From assembly GCA_963776275.1 (NCBI GenBank), contig CAVZMI010000023.1, positions 1 through 64,000 of the forward strand: 64,000 nucleotides of DNA, given 5' to 3'. A model generated the notes under the pieces. It ran no database searches, was not told the DNA's origin, and worked only from the letters and a program-made list of their open reading frames with translations. This document shows, piece by piece, positions 8,955 to 18,789 of this stretch (its first letter is position 1; every line of letters begins with the position of its first letter). This DNA comes from Ignavibacteriota bacterium. GTDB lineage: Bacteria > Bacteroidota > Ignavibacteria > UBA10030 > CAVZMI01. A program made the translations under genes and the position numbers.

Positions 8955-11111
8955 GTGTTCATGAAGATGAGTCGTGTTTCAATCGTTGTGCCCGTATTCG
9001 ATAGTAATGAGCATCTGAGTCGATGTTTGACAAGTCTCCGTCATCATGCCCGACGTGCCGAGAAAATCATCGTTATCAACGATACAAGCGCAGGTAGTGA
9101 TATCGAGCAGGTAATTATCCGTCTTATAAAAGGAGAAAATCGATTCCAATATTTCCGAAATGAAAAGAAAATCGGCTTCATTCGTACATGCAACAAAGCC
9201 GTTTTCGAATTGGATAAATCATCCAACGACATCCTTCTGTTGAATGCCGACACGGAAGTCACAAAAGGTTTTTTGGAAGAAATGATGTATTGTCTGAACG
9301 AATTTGAAAAAAATGCCGTATGTTCTCCCCGGAGCAACAATGCGACTATTATGACAATACCCCCGTTCTATTCAGATCGTCGTAACAATTTTTCAAAAGT
9401 GTGCTTTTCATGCTGGAAATCTCTCAGACATTCTTTTCGTCGGTATGAGGTTGTCCCGACTGCGGCAGGTTTTTGTATGTTAATCAAACGTCGGATGATC
9501 GACAATTTTGGCCTTTTCGATGAGCACTGTGAGTGTGAGCATAATGCGGATAATGATTTTTGCGCTCGTATTAACAGGTATGGATATTCGTCTATTCGGG
9601 CAAACCGCGCTTTTGTATATCACTACGCTGAACAATCATCGGGTAATAAGGAAAAAGATAGCGAAAAACGGGAATCTCAGGCTCTGATTAAAAGGTATCC
9701 GGAATGCAAATCTGCCCTAGAGAATTATTGTGAATGGGGGCGAAATGCGATTGATCACTTCAGTGATATTCTCGGTGGATGCTATCCTCGAAAAAGAATT
9801 TATTACGACCTTACGCGGCTTCAGCCTGTGTATAATGGAGCGAATGAACAGGCGATCCATATATTACTCGAAGCCTACCCGATTCTTTGCAAGAAGTGCG
9901 ATGTCACGATAGTCATTAATAAATACACCGATGATTTTCTGGGTCTTTCAAACCATATTCCCGCGGTCTCCTATCCCGATTCATTGTCCGCGGATATGCA
10001 TTATGATCTCGCTTTTGTTCCGCATCAAATTTATGAATACGAACAATTGTTTTACCTTAATAGAATTGCACTGCGTATTGCTGTAAACATACTCGATGTT
10101 ATCTTGCTTCGCAGCAATTATTTACATGACGTCTATCTAGAAAACCTATACCGTCATGTCGTCAAATGGACAGACGGCATTTTATCGATAAGCAGGCCCT
10201 CAATGAAAGATATCGATAATTATTACGGGAAAGAGATTATTCGGCGTTATAAGCGCAGCGCACATCCGGTTCTCATATCTAAGGCCGACAGGCGGTCGGA
10301 TGTCTGGACCGATAAATCAGCTTTAATTCCGGAAAATTTTATTCTTATCATAGGGAATAAATATTATCACAAAGCCGTATCGAGAGCGCTGGAAGAAATC
10401 GATTCTTCCTATCCCGTGATTGTCATAGGAGATGTTCCAACAAAAGATATTCCGGGAAATGTGCAGGTGTATCGAAGCGGGTATTTATCCGATGAATTTA
10501 TCGAATCGCTTTATAGCCGTTGTAAGGTATTACTTTTTCCAAGTCAATATGAAGGATTTGGCTTACCGGTATTGAATGCAATAACTTATGGGAAGCCCGT
10601 TATACTATTTCGTTCATCGGTCTTTCGAGAAATGTACACGAAATTCGATCACAAGAACGCGTTTCATTTTATAGATCGTTTTTCTGAAATACCTCCGCTC
10701 CTTCGTTCCATTTATTCTTCGAAAAATTCAAGTGCCTCTTTTTGTCCGTTATCCCGTACCTGGGCGCATGTCGGAAGGGAAACAGCCGAAGTATTTGAAA
10801 AAATTATATCACAAAGAGTCGATCCCGCGAAACTCGAGGAGAGATTCTTTGAATTGAAATCGCTCGAACATTATAGAATTATCGGTGCACCCGCGGAGAA
10901 TCTGAATGTTCACTCTGTTCCGGAGGCAATTTCACGACTCACAGCAATCGAGCAGTCTCTGAGCTATCGTGTCGGGAAGGTAATAACGTATCCACTACGA
11001 ATGATCTATGATAAGATTGCTTTCCCTTTATTAATGTATATGGGCCGGAGTTCATCGGATACATTTCGCCGCATTCATTTGTGGTGGACAAAAAAATTTC
11101 AGGGGCAGTAG
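8955..11111 (+). CDS. Two-domain GT2 + GT4 glycosyltransferase
   Basis: N-terminal SIVVPVF, GFIRTCN and LLNADT; C-terminal FPSQYEGFGLPVLNA. Confidence 0.85.
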   Translation: MFMKMSRVSIVVPVFDSNEHLSRCLTSLRHHARRAEKIIVINDTSAGSDIEQVIIRLIKGENRFQYFRNEKKIGFIRTCNKAVFELDKSSNDILLLNADTEVTKGFLEEMMYCLNEFEKNAVCSPRSNNATIMTIPPFYSDRRNNFSKVCFSCWKSLRHSFRRYEVVPTAAGFCMLIKRRMIDNFGLFDEHCECEHNADNDFCARINRYGYSSIRANRAFVYHYAEQSSGNKEKDSEKRESQALIKRYPECKSALENYCEWGRNAIDHFSDILGGCYPRKRIYYDLTRLQPVYNGANEQAIHILLEAYPILCKKCDVTIVINKYTDDFLGLSNHIPAVSYPDSLSADMHYDLAFVPHQIYEYEQLFYLNRIALRIAVNILDVILLRSNYLHDVYLENLYRHVVKWTDGILSISRPSMKDIDNYYGKEIIRRYKRSAHPVLISKADRRSDVWTDKSALIPENFILIIGNKYYHKAVSRALEEIDSSYPVIVIGDVPTKDIPGNVQVYRSGYLSDEFIESLYSRCKVLLFPSQYEGFGLPVLNAITYGKPVILFRSSVFREMYTKFDHKNAFHFIDRFSEIPPLLRSIYSSKNSSASFCPLSRTWAHVGRETAEVFEKIISQRVDPAKLEERFFELKSLEHYRIIGAPAENLNVHSVPEAISRLTAIEQSLSYRVGKVITYPLRMIYDKIAFPLLMYMGRSSSDTFRRIHLWWTKKFQGQ

Positions 11112-11135
11112 AGAACAATCCTTTTAGGGTAAGTA

Positions 11136-11399
11136 ATGAAGACAGCATTAATAACAGGTATTGCCGGACAGGATGACTCGTATCTCGCAGAGTTATTGCT
11201 GTTGAAAGGATATCATGTCATCGGTCAATGGAGACAAACGTCGCGAACCTTTTACAATTGACGGAAACCGGAGCGACCGTTGCGAATCCTGAGAAAGCAA
11301 AAAAGAATTTTCAGGTGGCTGCCAAAAACATCGTTTCCGGAGATGCTGGCCATGTTGGTGGAAAATCATCTGACAACACTACGCGGCGGATCGAATTAG
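11136..11399 (+). pseudogene. gmd: GDP-mannose 4,6-dehydratase remnant with a large internal deletion
   Basis: [30 protein letters not shown] (Gmd N-terminus) is joined to TETGATVANPEKAKK / WLPKTSFPEMLAMLVENHL (Gmd C-terminus), with frameshifts. Confidence 0.85.
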
Positions 11400-11431
11400 A
11401 AGGAAAAAGATAAAAAAGAAATTGTGGATAA

Positions 11432-11460
11432 TTGCCTAAATTTGTATACATTCGTATTAT
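11432..11460 (+). promoter_or_regulatory. Putative sigma70 promoter
   Basis: TTGCCT-17 nt-TATTAT upstream of the GT4 at 11596. Confidence 0.4.
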
Positions 11461-11466
11461 TCAAAT

Positions 11467-11521
11467 CGCACTGAGCGGGTCGTTGAGCGAAGTCGAAGGA
11501 AAATCGTGCCAGTCGAAGGGT
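11467..11521 (-). repeat. Degenerate nested TTCGAC..GCTCA hairpin repeats
   Basis: CTGAGCG...TTGAGCGAAGTCGAAGG...AGTCGAAGGG is the reverse complement of the unit seen at 52472 and 60642. Confidence 0.6.
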
Positions 11522-11595
11522 CGACTGTTTTCTTTTTTTCTTACAAACTGGTTATATTTATTAAGAGGAATTCATCCGAAGGAGGTCCTATACAA

Positions 11596-12660
11596 ATGTT
11601 TGTCAACGCACGATTCTTAACGAAGAGGATAACAGGCCTCGAGCGGTACGCCATCGGTGTTTCTCTCCGTTTAAAAACTTTGTCGCCCGAATCGGAATTT
11701 ATCGCACCACACGATATTATGCACAAGGAACATGCGCGTACCTTGGCTGTAAAGACTGTGGGATACTCGACCGGTCATGTATGGGAACAAACCGAACTTC
11801 CCGTGTATCTCGCCACCAATAAAACGCCGCTCCTGCTGGGTCTGACCAATACAGGCCCGCTGACATATACAAATCAAGTTGTGGTCATCCATGATCTCGC
11901 ATTTCTACGTGAACCGGGATGGTTCTCAAAGAAGGCTGCGCTATCGTTTAAATATCTTGTCTCGGGTGTGGTAAAAGTTGCACGGCGTATTATCACGAAC
12001 AGCGAATTTACAAAAAAAGAAGTGGTTGAACTTCTTGGAGTCGCGCCTGAAAAAATATCTGTCGCATACCCTGCAGTCCCTGAAAATATTCTTCGCCTGG
12101 CTGCGGTACCACATGAGAATAAATACGGCGATTATATACTCACGCTCTCCTCTCTGGATCCGCGGAAAAATCTGAAGAGTTTGATCAGAGCATACCGTCA
12201 GCTTGAGCTACGGGATGTAAAATTGGTCGTTGCAGGGGGGGAAAATCAGGATGTATTCGGGAAACATGCATTTGATCTGCGGGCTATAACAAAGGAAGAT
12301 GCAAATATTCAATTTACAGGATATTTGAGTGATGATCAGATCGTGGGTCTCTATCAAAATGCCCGCCTGTTTGTCTATCCATCGCTCTATGAAGGATTCG
12401 GCTTTCCGCCGCTCGAAGCGATGGCATGTGGTTGTTCTGTCGTTGCCTCAGAATCGAGTTCACTCCATGAAGCATTGGGATCAGCAGCACTCTATTCCGA
12501 CACGCGGGATATCAACAATCTGGCCGATACTATATCAAAAGCTTTGAACGAGCCGAGGACGGTACGTGCCGACGCCCGGGCCGAACAGGTAAAAAAATTT
12601 TCCTGGGAGAAAACAGCAACAGCAATCCTGGATGCGGTGAAGATGGTCGAGAAGAGTTAA
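11596..12660 (+). CDS. GT4 glycosyltransferase
   Basis: Motifs VNARFL, TGLERY, IHDLAF, DPRKN and YPSLYEGFGFPPLEAMACG; GGAGG upstream. Confidence 0.92.
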   Translation: MFVNARFLTKRITGLERYAIGVSLRLKTLSPESEFIAPHDIMHKEHARTLAVKTVGYSTGHVWEQTELPVYLATNKTPLLLGLTNTGPLTYTNQVVVIHDLAFLREPGWFSKKAALSFKYLVSGVVKVARRIITNSEFTKKEVVELLGVAPEKISVAYPAVPENILRLAAVPHENKYGDYILTLSSLDPRKNLKSLIRAYRQLELRDVKLVVAGGENQDVFGKHAFDLRAITKEDANIQFTGYLSDDQIVGLYQNARLFVYPSLYEGFGFPPLEAMACGCSVVASESSSLHEALGSAALYSDTRDINNLADTISKALNEPRTVRADARAEQVKKFSWEKTATAILDAVKMVEKS

Positions 12661-12686
12661 TCTCAAAGGGAATAAATCAGTCAGCA

Positions 12687-12734
12687 TGTTCTAAGGAAAA
12701 AGGAAAAAGATAAAAGATAAAAGATGAAATGGCT
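12687..12734. repeat. Left arm of an imperfect inverted repeat (7-mer A-rich tract) flanking the four-helix-bundle gene
   Basis: TGTTCT...AAAAGATAAAAGATAAAAGATG is complementary to 13160-13206. Confidence 0.7.
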
Positions 12735-12787
12735 GAGGGAGGGGAAAATATTTCATTCAATAGAAAAGAAAATAACAAGAAGGATTC

Positions 12788-13150
12788 TTGATGAAATTTA
12801 ATAATGATTTAATGGAAAGGTTGTTCTCTTTTTCTGTTGAGGTAATAAAATTTCTCCGGCTCCTTCCAGATAGTCCGGAAGCAAGAGTGATAAAACATCA
12901 ATTGATAAAAGCATCTACTTCAGGAGGAGCGAATTATGAGGAATCTCAAGCCGGAGTTTCAAGACGTGAGTTTAAAATGAAAGTAGCAATATCTTTGAAA
13001 GAGATACGAGAGGCAAATTATTGGTTGCGAATTATTTTAAAAACAGAATTGATTAGGGATGATCGGCTTACATACTTAATAAAAGAATCGAATGAATTGA
13101 AAGCAATCCTGGGGTCAATCGTTTCAAAAATACGGAACGAAGCCCACTAG
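12788..13150 (+). CDS. Four-helix-bundle protein (23S rRNA IVP / TIGR02436 family)
   Basis: Motifs QLIKASTSGGANYEE and ISLKEIREANYWLRI; about 120 aa. Confidence 0.9.
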   Translation: MMKFNNDLMERLFSFSVEVIKFLRLLPDSPEARVIKHQLIKASTSGGANYEESQAGVSRREFKMKVAISLKEIREANYWLRIILKTELIRDDRLTYLIKESNELKAILGSIVSKIRNEAH

Positions 13151-13159
13151 CTATTGAGA

Positions 13160-13206
13160 AGCCCCGTCTTTTATCTTTTTACTTTTGTCTTTACTCTTTC
13201 AGAACA
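13160..13206. repeat. Right arm of the imperfect inverted repeat flanking the four-helix-bundle gene
   Basis: GTCTTTTATCTTTTTACTTTTGTCTTTACTCTTTCAGAACA is complementary to 12687-12734. Confidence 0.7.
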
Positions 13207-13229
13207 GCCACATAATGAGAAAATAAACG

Positions 13230-14882
13230 ATGCGCGTCGGACTATTACAACTGAATTTCATCGTTGGTGATCTTGAAGGAAATGCGGAAAAGATCGCCAG
13301 CGCGGTAAAAAATACTCTCGGGGGAAAGGCCGACCTGTACGTTACCTCGGAGCTTTCTCTTCTGGGCTATCCCCCGCGCGATTTGTTGTTACAGAGAAGT
13401 TTTATCGAGCGCGGACTGCGGGTTCTGGAAGAACTTGCACGTAACGTGGCCAAGGGACCACCGGTACTGGTGGGGACGGCGATTCCCAATACCAGTCTGG
13501 CAGGCCGACCTCTTTTCAACAGCGCCGTCTTGCTGCATAAGGGAAGAGTGGGAGTGAGTTTTGCAAAAGCCCTTCTTCCTACTTATGATGTATTCGATGA
13601 GGATAGGTATTTCGAGCCGTCACAATCACCCGGGATCCTCATTATGGAAAGATTACGAATCGGTGTGACGATCTGTGAAGACATCTGGAACGATAAAGAT
13701 TTCATGTCGCGGCAACTTTATATAAGTGATCCCGTCGAGCAGATCATGAAAGCGAGTAACATCGATTTTTTTGTTAACCTTTCCGCCTCTCCCTTTACGG
13801 TCGGAAAACAATCTTTCCGTGAATCGATGTTCTCCAGCATCGCAAAAAAATACAAGGTGCCGATCATTTATGTAAATCAGGTCGGTGGGAATGACGATCT
13901 CGTTTTTGATGGTCGAAGCTGCATCTTCGATCGGGAAGGTGTGTTGATTACCCGGGCGAATTCTTTTAAAGAGGATGTCATCATTGCCGATGTCACGAAA
14001 CGCGGCAGGGTGGAAGAGGATGATTTCACGCCCGAATCAGAAATCTGGCGGGCACTGGTTCTCGGGACCCGTGACTATGTCCATAAATGCGGATTCAAGA
14101 GCGTTCTGTTGGGGTTATCGGGAGGGATCGACTCGGCGTTAACAGCGGCTATAGCTGTTGATGCTGTTGGAAAAGAAAATGTCCTCGGTGTTATGATGCC
14201 CTCCCCATATTCGAGTGGGGGAAGCATCGATGATGCAACCGAATTTACCCGACGGCTCGGGATTCGCACAATAACACTTCCTATTGTTTTAATCATGGGT
14301 GCGTACGCGACAACGTTAAAGGAAGTATTCCGGGATTATCCGGAGGATGTCACGGAAGAAAATATTCAATCGCGAATCCGGGGAAACCTTCTGATGGCTC
14401 TTTCAAATAAGTTTGGTTCACTTCTTTTGACGACGGGAAATAAATCGGAACTGGCAGTCGGGTATTGTACGATCTATGGTGACATGTCGGGCGGACTCGC
14501 CGTTATTGCCGATGTCCCCAAGACAATGATCTATCGGATAGCCCGGTGGGTGAATCTGACTAAAGGGCATCTGATCCCCGAAGAAATCATTAAGAAGCCA
14601 CCGTCGGCCGAGCTTCGACCAAACCAAACCGATCAGGATAGTCTGCCGCCTTATGATATTCTTGACGAGATTCTTCAACGCTTTATTGAATTACATCAAG
14701 GGTATGGAGAGATTATCAGAGCTGGATTCGATCCGGAGATTGTCAACAAAGTTCTTCATCTCGTTCGTATCGCAGAATTCAAACGAAGGCAGGCTGCCCC
14801 GGGACTGAAAGTCACAGATCAAGCGTTTGGTACCGGATGGCGGATTCCTATAGCACGTGCCGATCATGAGAGGATTTTCTGA
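13230..14882 (+). CDS. nadE: Glutamine-dependent NAD+ synthetase
   Basis: Nitrilase domain (GYPPRD, LPTYDVFDEDRYF, ICEDIW) plus GLSGGIDS, ENIQSRIRG, TTGNKSE and PPSAELRPNQ. Confidence 0.96.
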   Translation: MRVGLLQLNFIVGDLEGNAEKIASAVKNTLGGKADLYVTSELSLLGYPPRDLLLQRSFIERGLRVLEELARNVAKGPPVLVGTAIPNTSLAGRPLFNSAVLLHKGRVGVSFAKALLPTYDVFDEDRYFEPSQSPGILIMERLRIGVTICEDIWNDKDFMSRQLYISDPVEQIMKASNIDFFVNLSASPFTVGKQSFRESMFSSIAKKYKVPIIYVNQVGGNDDLVFDGRSCIFDREGVLITRANSFKEDVIIADVTKRGRVEEDDFTPESEIWRALVLGTRDYVHKCGFKSVLLGLSGGIDSALTAAIAVDAVGKENVLGVMMPSPYSSGGSIDDATEFTRRLGIRTITLPIVLIMGAYATTLKEVFRDYPEDVTEENIQSRIRGNLLMALSNKFGSLLLTTGNKSELAVGYCTIYGDMSGGLAVIADVPKTMIYRIARWVNLTKGHLIPEEIIKKPPSAELRPNQTDQDSLPPYDILDEILQRFIELHQGYGEIIRAGFDPEIVNKVLHLVRIAEFKRRQAAPGLKVTDQAFGTGWRIPIARADHERIF

Positions 14883-14917
14883 AGTAGCCCGATAATAGAA
14901 TAATTTTCTTTGACTAG

Positions 14918-15730
14918 TTGTCGAGAGTGATAATTCTGAATACACGACAAAAAAATCATCGCCGCCCGTGGCTTGCTGCCTTTGTATCCTATCGAGATAT
15001 TATTCGTGAATTTGCAGTTGCCGACTTTCGACTCAGGTATCATGATTCGGTGCTGGGGTACGTCTGGTTTTTATTGAGTCCCGCACTGATGTTCAGTATA
15101 TATTATCTTATTTTCACTAAGGTAATATTTGTCAGAATTCCGGAGTATGCTCTATACTTATTGTTAGGTATCATAGGTTATAATTTTTTTAAAGATTGCA
15201 CATTCAGCGCAATGTACAGTTTGAATTCAAAAGCATCCATCATTAAGAAAGTCTATTTTCCCCGTTACCTGATTGTGTACTCGTCTACGCTCACGGCTTT
15301 TTTCTCGCTTTTTGCAAATTTTTGCATTGTGTTGATCGTATGCTTTATCATCCATGGTGTTTCGCCGCTTGTTTTCCTGATTCCTATTCCTGTCCTCTGT
15401 CTAATTCTATTTTCAGCGGGAGTAGGTTTCTTGCTGACGATACTTTATGTACACTTCCGTGATCTCGGTCAAATCTGGGATGTCCTTGTACTTGCAATTT
15501 TTTGGATTACGCCTGTCGTCTATAATATTGACGCCCTGCCGGAGTCAACGCAGATCATCGTATTCCTGAATCCACTTGCACGGATTTTCATGCTCTTTCG
15601 CCATTACCTTTTATATGATTATTTCGATCTCCGATTTTTGCTGATCACAATCGGAATTTCCCTGTTGACGTATATTATTGGATTTTATATATTTCGAAAA
15701 TATCAGGACCAGATAGCGGAATATATTTAA
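14918..15730 (+). CDS. wzm: Polysaccharide ABC transporter permease (copy 1)
   Basis: Motifs DFRLRYHDSVLGYVW, IIKKVYFPR, FRDLGQIW and FWITPVVY. Start codon uncertain. Confidence 0.9.
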   Translation: MSRVIILNTRQKNHRRPWLAAFVSYRDIIREFAVADFRLRYHDSVLGYVWFLLSPALMFSIYYLIFTKVIFVRIPEYALYLLLGIIGYNFFKDCTFSAMYSLNSKASIIKKVYFPRYLIVYSSTLTAFFSLFANFCIVLIVCFIIHGVSPLVFLIPIPVLCLILFSAGVGFLLTILYVHFRDLGQIWDVLVLAIFWITPVVYNIDALPESTQIIVFLNPLARIFMLFRHYLLYDYFDLRFLLITIGISLLTYIIGFYIFRKYQDQIAEYI

Positions 15731-15742
15731 TCGGAATAAATC

Positions 15743-16465
15743 ATGATCGATCTGGACGATATCACAAAGATATTTAAGATACCGCATGAGCGGAAAAGGA
15801 CGCTCTATCATCGGTTGGTTTCAATCGTGAAAAGACAATATGATTTTGAACAGCTCCATGCACTCCGCAATATTTCACTGTCTATAGCCGATGGAGAATT
15901 CATCGGAATAATTGGGAGAAATGGATCCGGGAAATCGACGCTTCTCAAAATAATTTCACGGATTTATTGCCCGAGCAGCGGAAAAGTCCATGTGAAAGGC
16001 GATATATTTCCGATGTTGGAACTGGGCATCGGTTTTCAACCGGAATTCTCGTGCCGCGAGAATGTCTTTCTTCAGGGCGTGGTGCTCGGTTTCACACGAA
16101 AAGAAATCGTGAAACGGTTTGACGAAATAATTGCGTATGCAGAGCTGGAACGATTTGTCGACGCCAAATTGGGCACGCTGTCTTCAGGAATGTTGATGAA
16201 ATTGGGCTTTTCGATTGCCGCACAGTCCGATGCTTCAATTTTTCTTGTCGATGAGGCTTTTGCCGTCGGCGATCGGGCATTCGGTGCTAAATGCGAACAG
16301 AAGTTCAGGCAATTCAAATCGGAAGGAAAAACGGTCGTACTTGTCAGTCACGATCTTCAAACAGTTCAGAAATTTTGCCCACGTGTGATTGTTCTCCAAG
16401 ACGGACAAATTGTCAATGAAGGAGATCCGCAAGCAATGATCGCCTGGTACACCGCAAAATTATGA
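15743..16465 (+). CDS. wzt: Polysaccharide ABC transporter ATPase without a C-terminal CBM (copy 1)
   Basis: Motifs GRNGSGKS, LSSGM, VDEAFAVGD and VSHD; only 240 aa. Confidence 0.92.
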   Translation: MIDLDDITKIFKIPHERKRTLYHRLVSIVKRQYDFEQLHALRNISLSIADGEFIGIIGRNGSGKSTLLKIISRIYCPSSGKVHVKGDIFPMLELGIGFQPEFSCRENVFLQGVVLGFTRKEIVKRFDEIIAYAELERFVDAKLGTLSSGMLMKLGFSIAAQSDASIFLVDEAFAVGDRAFGAKCEQKFRQFKSEGKTVVLVSHDLQTVQKFCPRVIVLQDGQIVNEGDPQAMIAWYTAKL

Positions 16466-16523
16466 CGGTAAGGAAGAGTCCGTACAGGCTTATGGATTAT
16501 TTTGATTACAAGAGATTCTTTGA

Positions 16524-17184
16524 GAACCAGAAGTACCCTATATCTTTGATGAGCCAAACAGGACCAGACATGAATGGCTAATTTTTTTCTTCCACCGCGG
16601 CAATGCCCTTTGCCATCCCAGCGTCCTTATCCGCAGGGAGTGTTATGGCAGCTGCGGTCTTTACAGGTTAGGGGTGGCCCAAACAGGCGATTTTGATTTG
16701 TGGGTGAGGCTTTGCCTGAAATATGAAATTCATGTGCTACACGAAAAGCTGGTGCGCTTTCGCGTGCTTGCCAGTGAAGCCGATGCGAGCAGCAGCAGGC
16801 CGGGATCCCGCATCCGCAGCACAACGGAGTTCTATAACCTTATTAAAAATTATCCGGCGATAGAATCATTTGAAGAGCTGGTTGCCGTATTTCCTGAAGC
16901 AACCAAATATTATCGGGCAGACGGCTTTGATCTGAAATTTGTTCTTGCCATGTCGCGCTTGAAAAGAAACCCTTCCCTTTTACCGGGCTTTTAGGTATTG
17001 AACTGCTGTTTGAGACGATTGCTGATCCCGTTCGCGCGAAAGCAATTAAAGACATTTATAACTTTGATTATTTCGATTTTATCAATCTTACAGGAAAGCA
17101 TGATGGCTTTTCTGTCGAACGCTTATTCTCTAATAATCAGTCACTTTCTGTCGAACGAACAACTTTCGATAAATTAAAAAAATA
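16524..17184 (+). pseudogene. N-terminally truncated, frameshifted GT2 segment, probably once continuous with the ORF at 17185
   Basis: IFDEPNRTRHEWL...NALCHPSVLIRRECY...DFDLWVRL. A -1 shift near 16952 gives MVALEKKPFPFTGLLGIELLF; one more A in the A7 run at 17176-17182 fuses it to the 17185 frame. Confidence 0.65.
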
Positions 17185-18789
17185 TTGGCAGAATCTATAG
17201 ATGTGAAGCGTTCTATAGAAGAATATTTGCAGCGTCAATCTTGTCATATTTTGTTTAGGAGGGTTGCTTTGCCAATTGCCAAGAAAATATTTTTTCTTAT
17301 TTTAACAGGACGGATTTTTAAAGCGTGGCAATTGCTTAATTCCTATGTCGCCATTCGCCGTGCCGACTTATTTGATCCAATATATTATCTGGAACAATAC
17401 AGAGACGTTTCGTCCGCACATATTGATCCGATGCTTCACTATCTTCTAAGCGGAAGTTCTGAGCGGCGTAATCCAAGCGCACTTTTTGATACTGCTTTTT
17501 ATGTTGAACAACACCCTGAGGCGGGAAAAAAGGGCACAGACCCATTGCTTCACTATATTCGACATGGTCGGGACGCCGGCTTCAATACATCGCCGAAGCT
17601 TAATCCGTCCTCATCCGAAAAGACAAATCCTCGATCATTTTCTTCTGTCCCGCATTTATATCCTCCAAGGATAAGCATCATTATTCCCACGTATAACGGC
17701 GGTCCGTTGTTTAAAAGCGTGCTCGATGCCATTTCCGATCAGAACTTTAGAGGATTGCGGGAGTTGATCGTTGTTGATTCCGGATCCACCGACGGTACAG
17801 ATAAACTTGCCGAGCGTTACGGAGCCATTGTCAAACGTATTTCCAGGGAAGAGTTTCACCACAGTCGCACTCGTCAATGGGCTTTATCCTTTGCGCAATT
17901 TGACCGTGTCGTGTATATGGTTCAAGACGCAATTCCAGTTAATAAAACATGGTTACAGGCAACCAATAGCGCCTTAGATGAAAAGGTTGCTGCGGCTTAT
18001 GGGTGCCAAATCCCCCATAAAGATGCAGATCTTTATGCACGTTTCGAAATTGAAAGACATAGTGAATATCTGGGCAATGTTTCCCGTATCCAATGTCTTC
18101 CACCTGAGCATCGCGAATTTTCATATAAGGATGAGCTTTACCGTTATCGTTTTGACAATGTATGTTCTATCTATTGGCGTAAAGTACTTGACGATATTCC
18201 GTTTCCAGATACTCCATACGCCGAAGACATAGCATGGGCCCGAACTGCCATACGTAATGGGATAAGCATACGGTATGCTCCGGAAATTCAAATCTATCAT
18301 TCGCATAACCGTTCGCCTGATTATCGATTTAAGCGGGCAATAGTCGATATCGTTATGTGCGCCAAAATTCTAAATAAGCTTGAAAAGGATTTACGGCCTG
18401 CCGGAATATCGGAAATCAAGGCATTAGAAGAATCTTGTAAGCAGCTACTTGCCGAGAAAATGTTGAAATTTGATTCTTTCTCACGTCCACGTATCAAGTC
18501 TTTTAAAAAGACTTTTTTTGAACAAGTTTTTGCTAAGCGCTTGAAATATATTGGTAAGTCCGGTTCTCAAATTGTCTCCATTGTAGAATCTCATGTTGAC
18601 TTTTTATTAGATTTAATTGCCCAACGGTACACCGAAGCGACTGATACCGAAATCCGCGGATGTATTCCTCATGTCATTGCAGTTTCGCAGGGGGCAATAA
18701 TTGGGCAAATCTACGCGAGTTATCTTCTTAACAATGGGGTGCCTATAGAATTGGAAGAATATGTCCACCCTTTAATGACGGGGGTGTAA
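17185..18789 (+). CDS. GT2 glycosyltransferase (rhamnosyltransferase-like) with N-terminal FD..YY / DPxLHY repeats
   Basis: LFDPIYYL..DPMLHYL..RNPSALFD repeats; IIPTYNG, VDSGSTD, FHHSRTR, VQDAIP and HSHN. True start uncertain. Confidence 0.8.
   Translation: MAESIDVKRSIEEYLQRQSCHILFRRVALPIAKKIFFLILTGRIFKAWQLLNSYVAIRRADLFDPIYYLEQYRDVSSAHIDPMLHYLLSGSSERRNPSALFDTAFYVEQHPEAGKKGTDPLLHYIRHGRDAGFNTSPKLNPSSSEKTNPRSFSSVPHLYPPRISIIIPTYNGGPLFKSVLDAISDQNFRGLRELIVVDSGSTDGTDKLAERYGAIVKRISREEFHHSRTRQWALSFAQFDRVVYMVQDAIPVNKTWLQATNSALDEKVAAAYGCQIPHKDADLYARFEIERHSEYLGNVSRIQCLPPEHREFSYKDELYRYRFDNVCSIYWRKVLDDIPFPDTPYAEDIAWARTAIRNGISIRYAPEIQIYHSHNRSPDYRFKRAIVDIVMCAKILNKLEKDLRPAGISEIKALEESCKQLLAEKMLKFDSFSRPRIKSFKKTFFEQVFAKRLKYIGKSGSQIVSIVESHVDFLLDLIAQRYTEATDTEIRGCIPHVIAVSQGAIIGQIYASYLLNNGVPIELEEYVHPLMTGV

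Noticed and set aside
12788-13150. Avd-like protein as part of a diversity-generating retroelement
   Set aside because: No reverse transcriptase is present. The duplicated segments in the window do not show adenine-specific differences.
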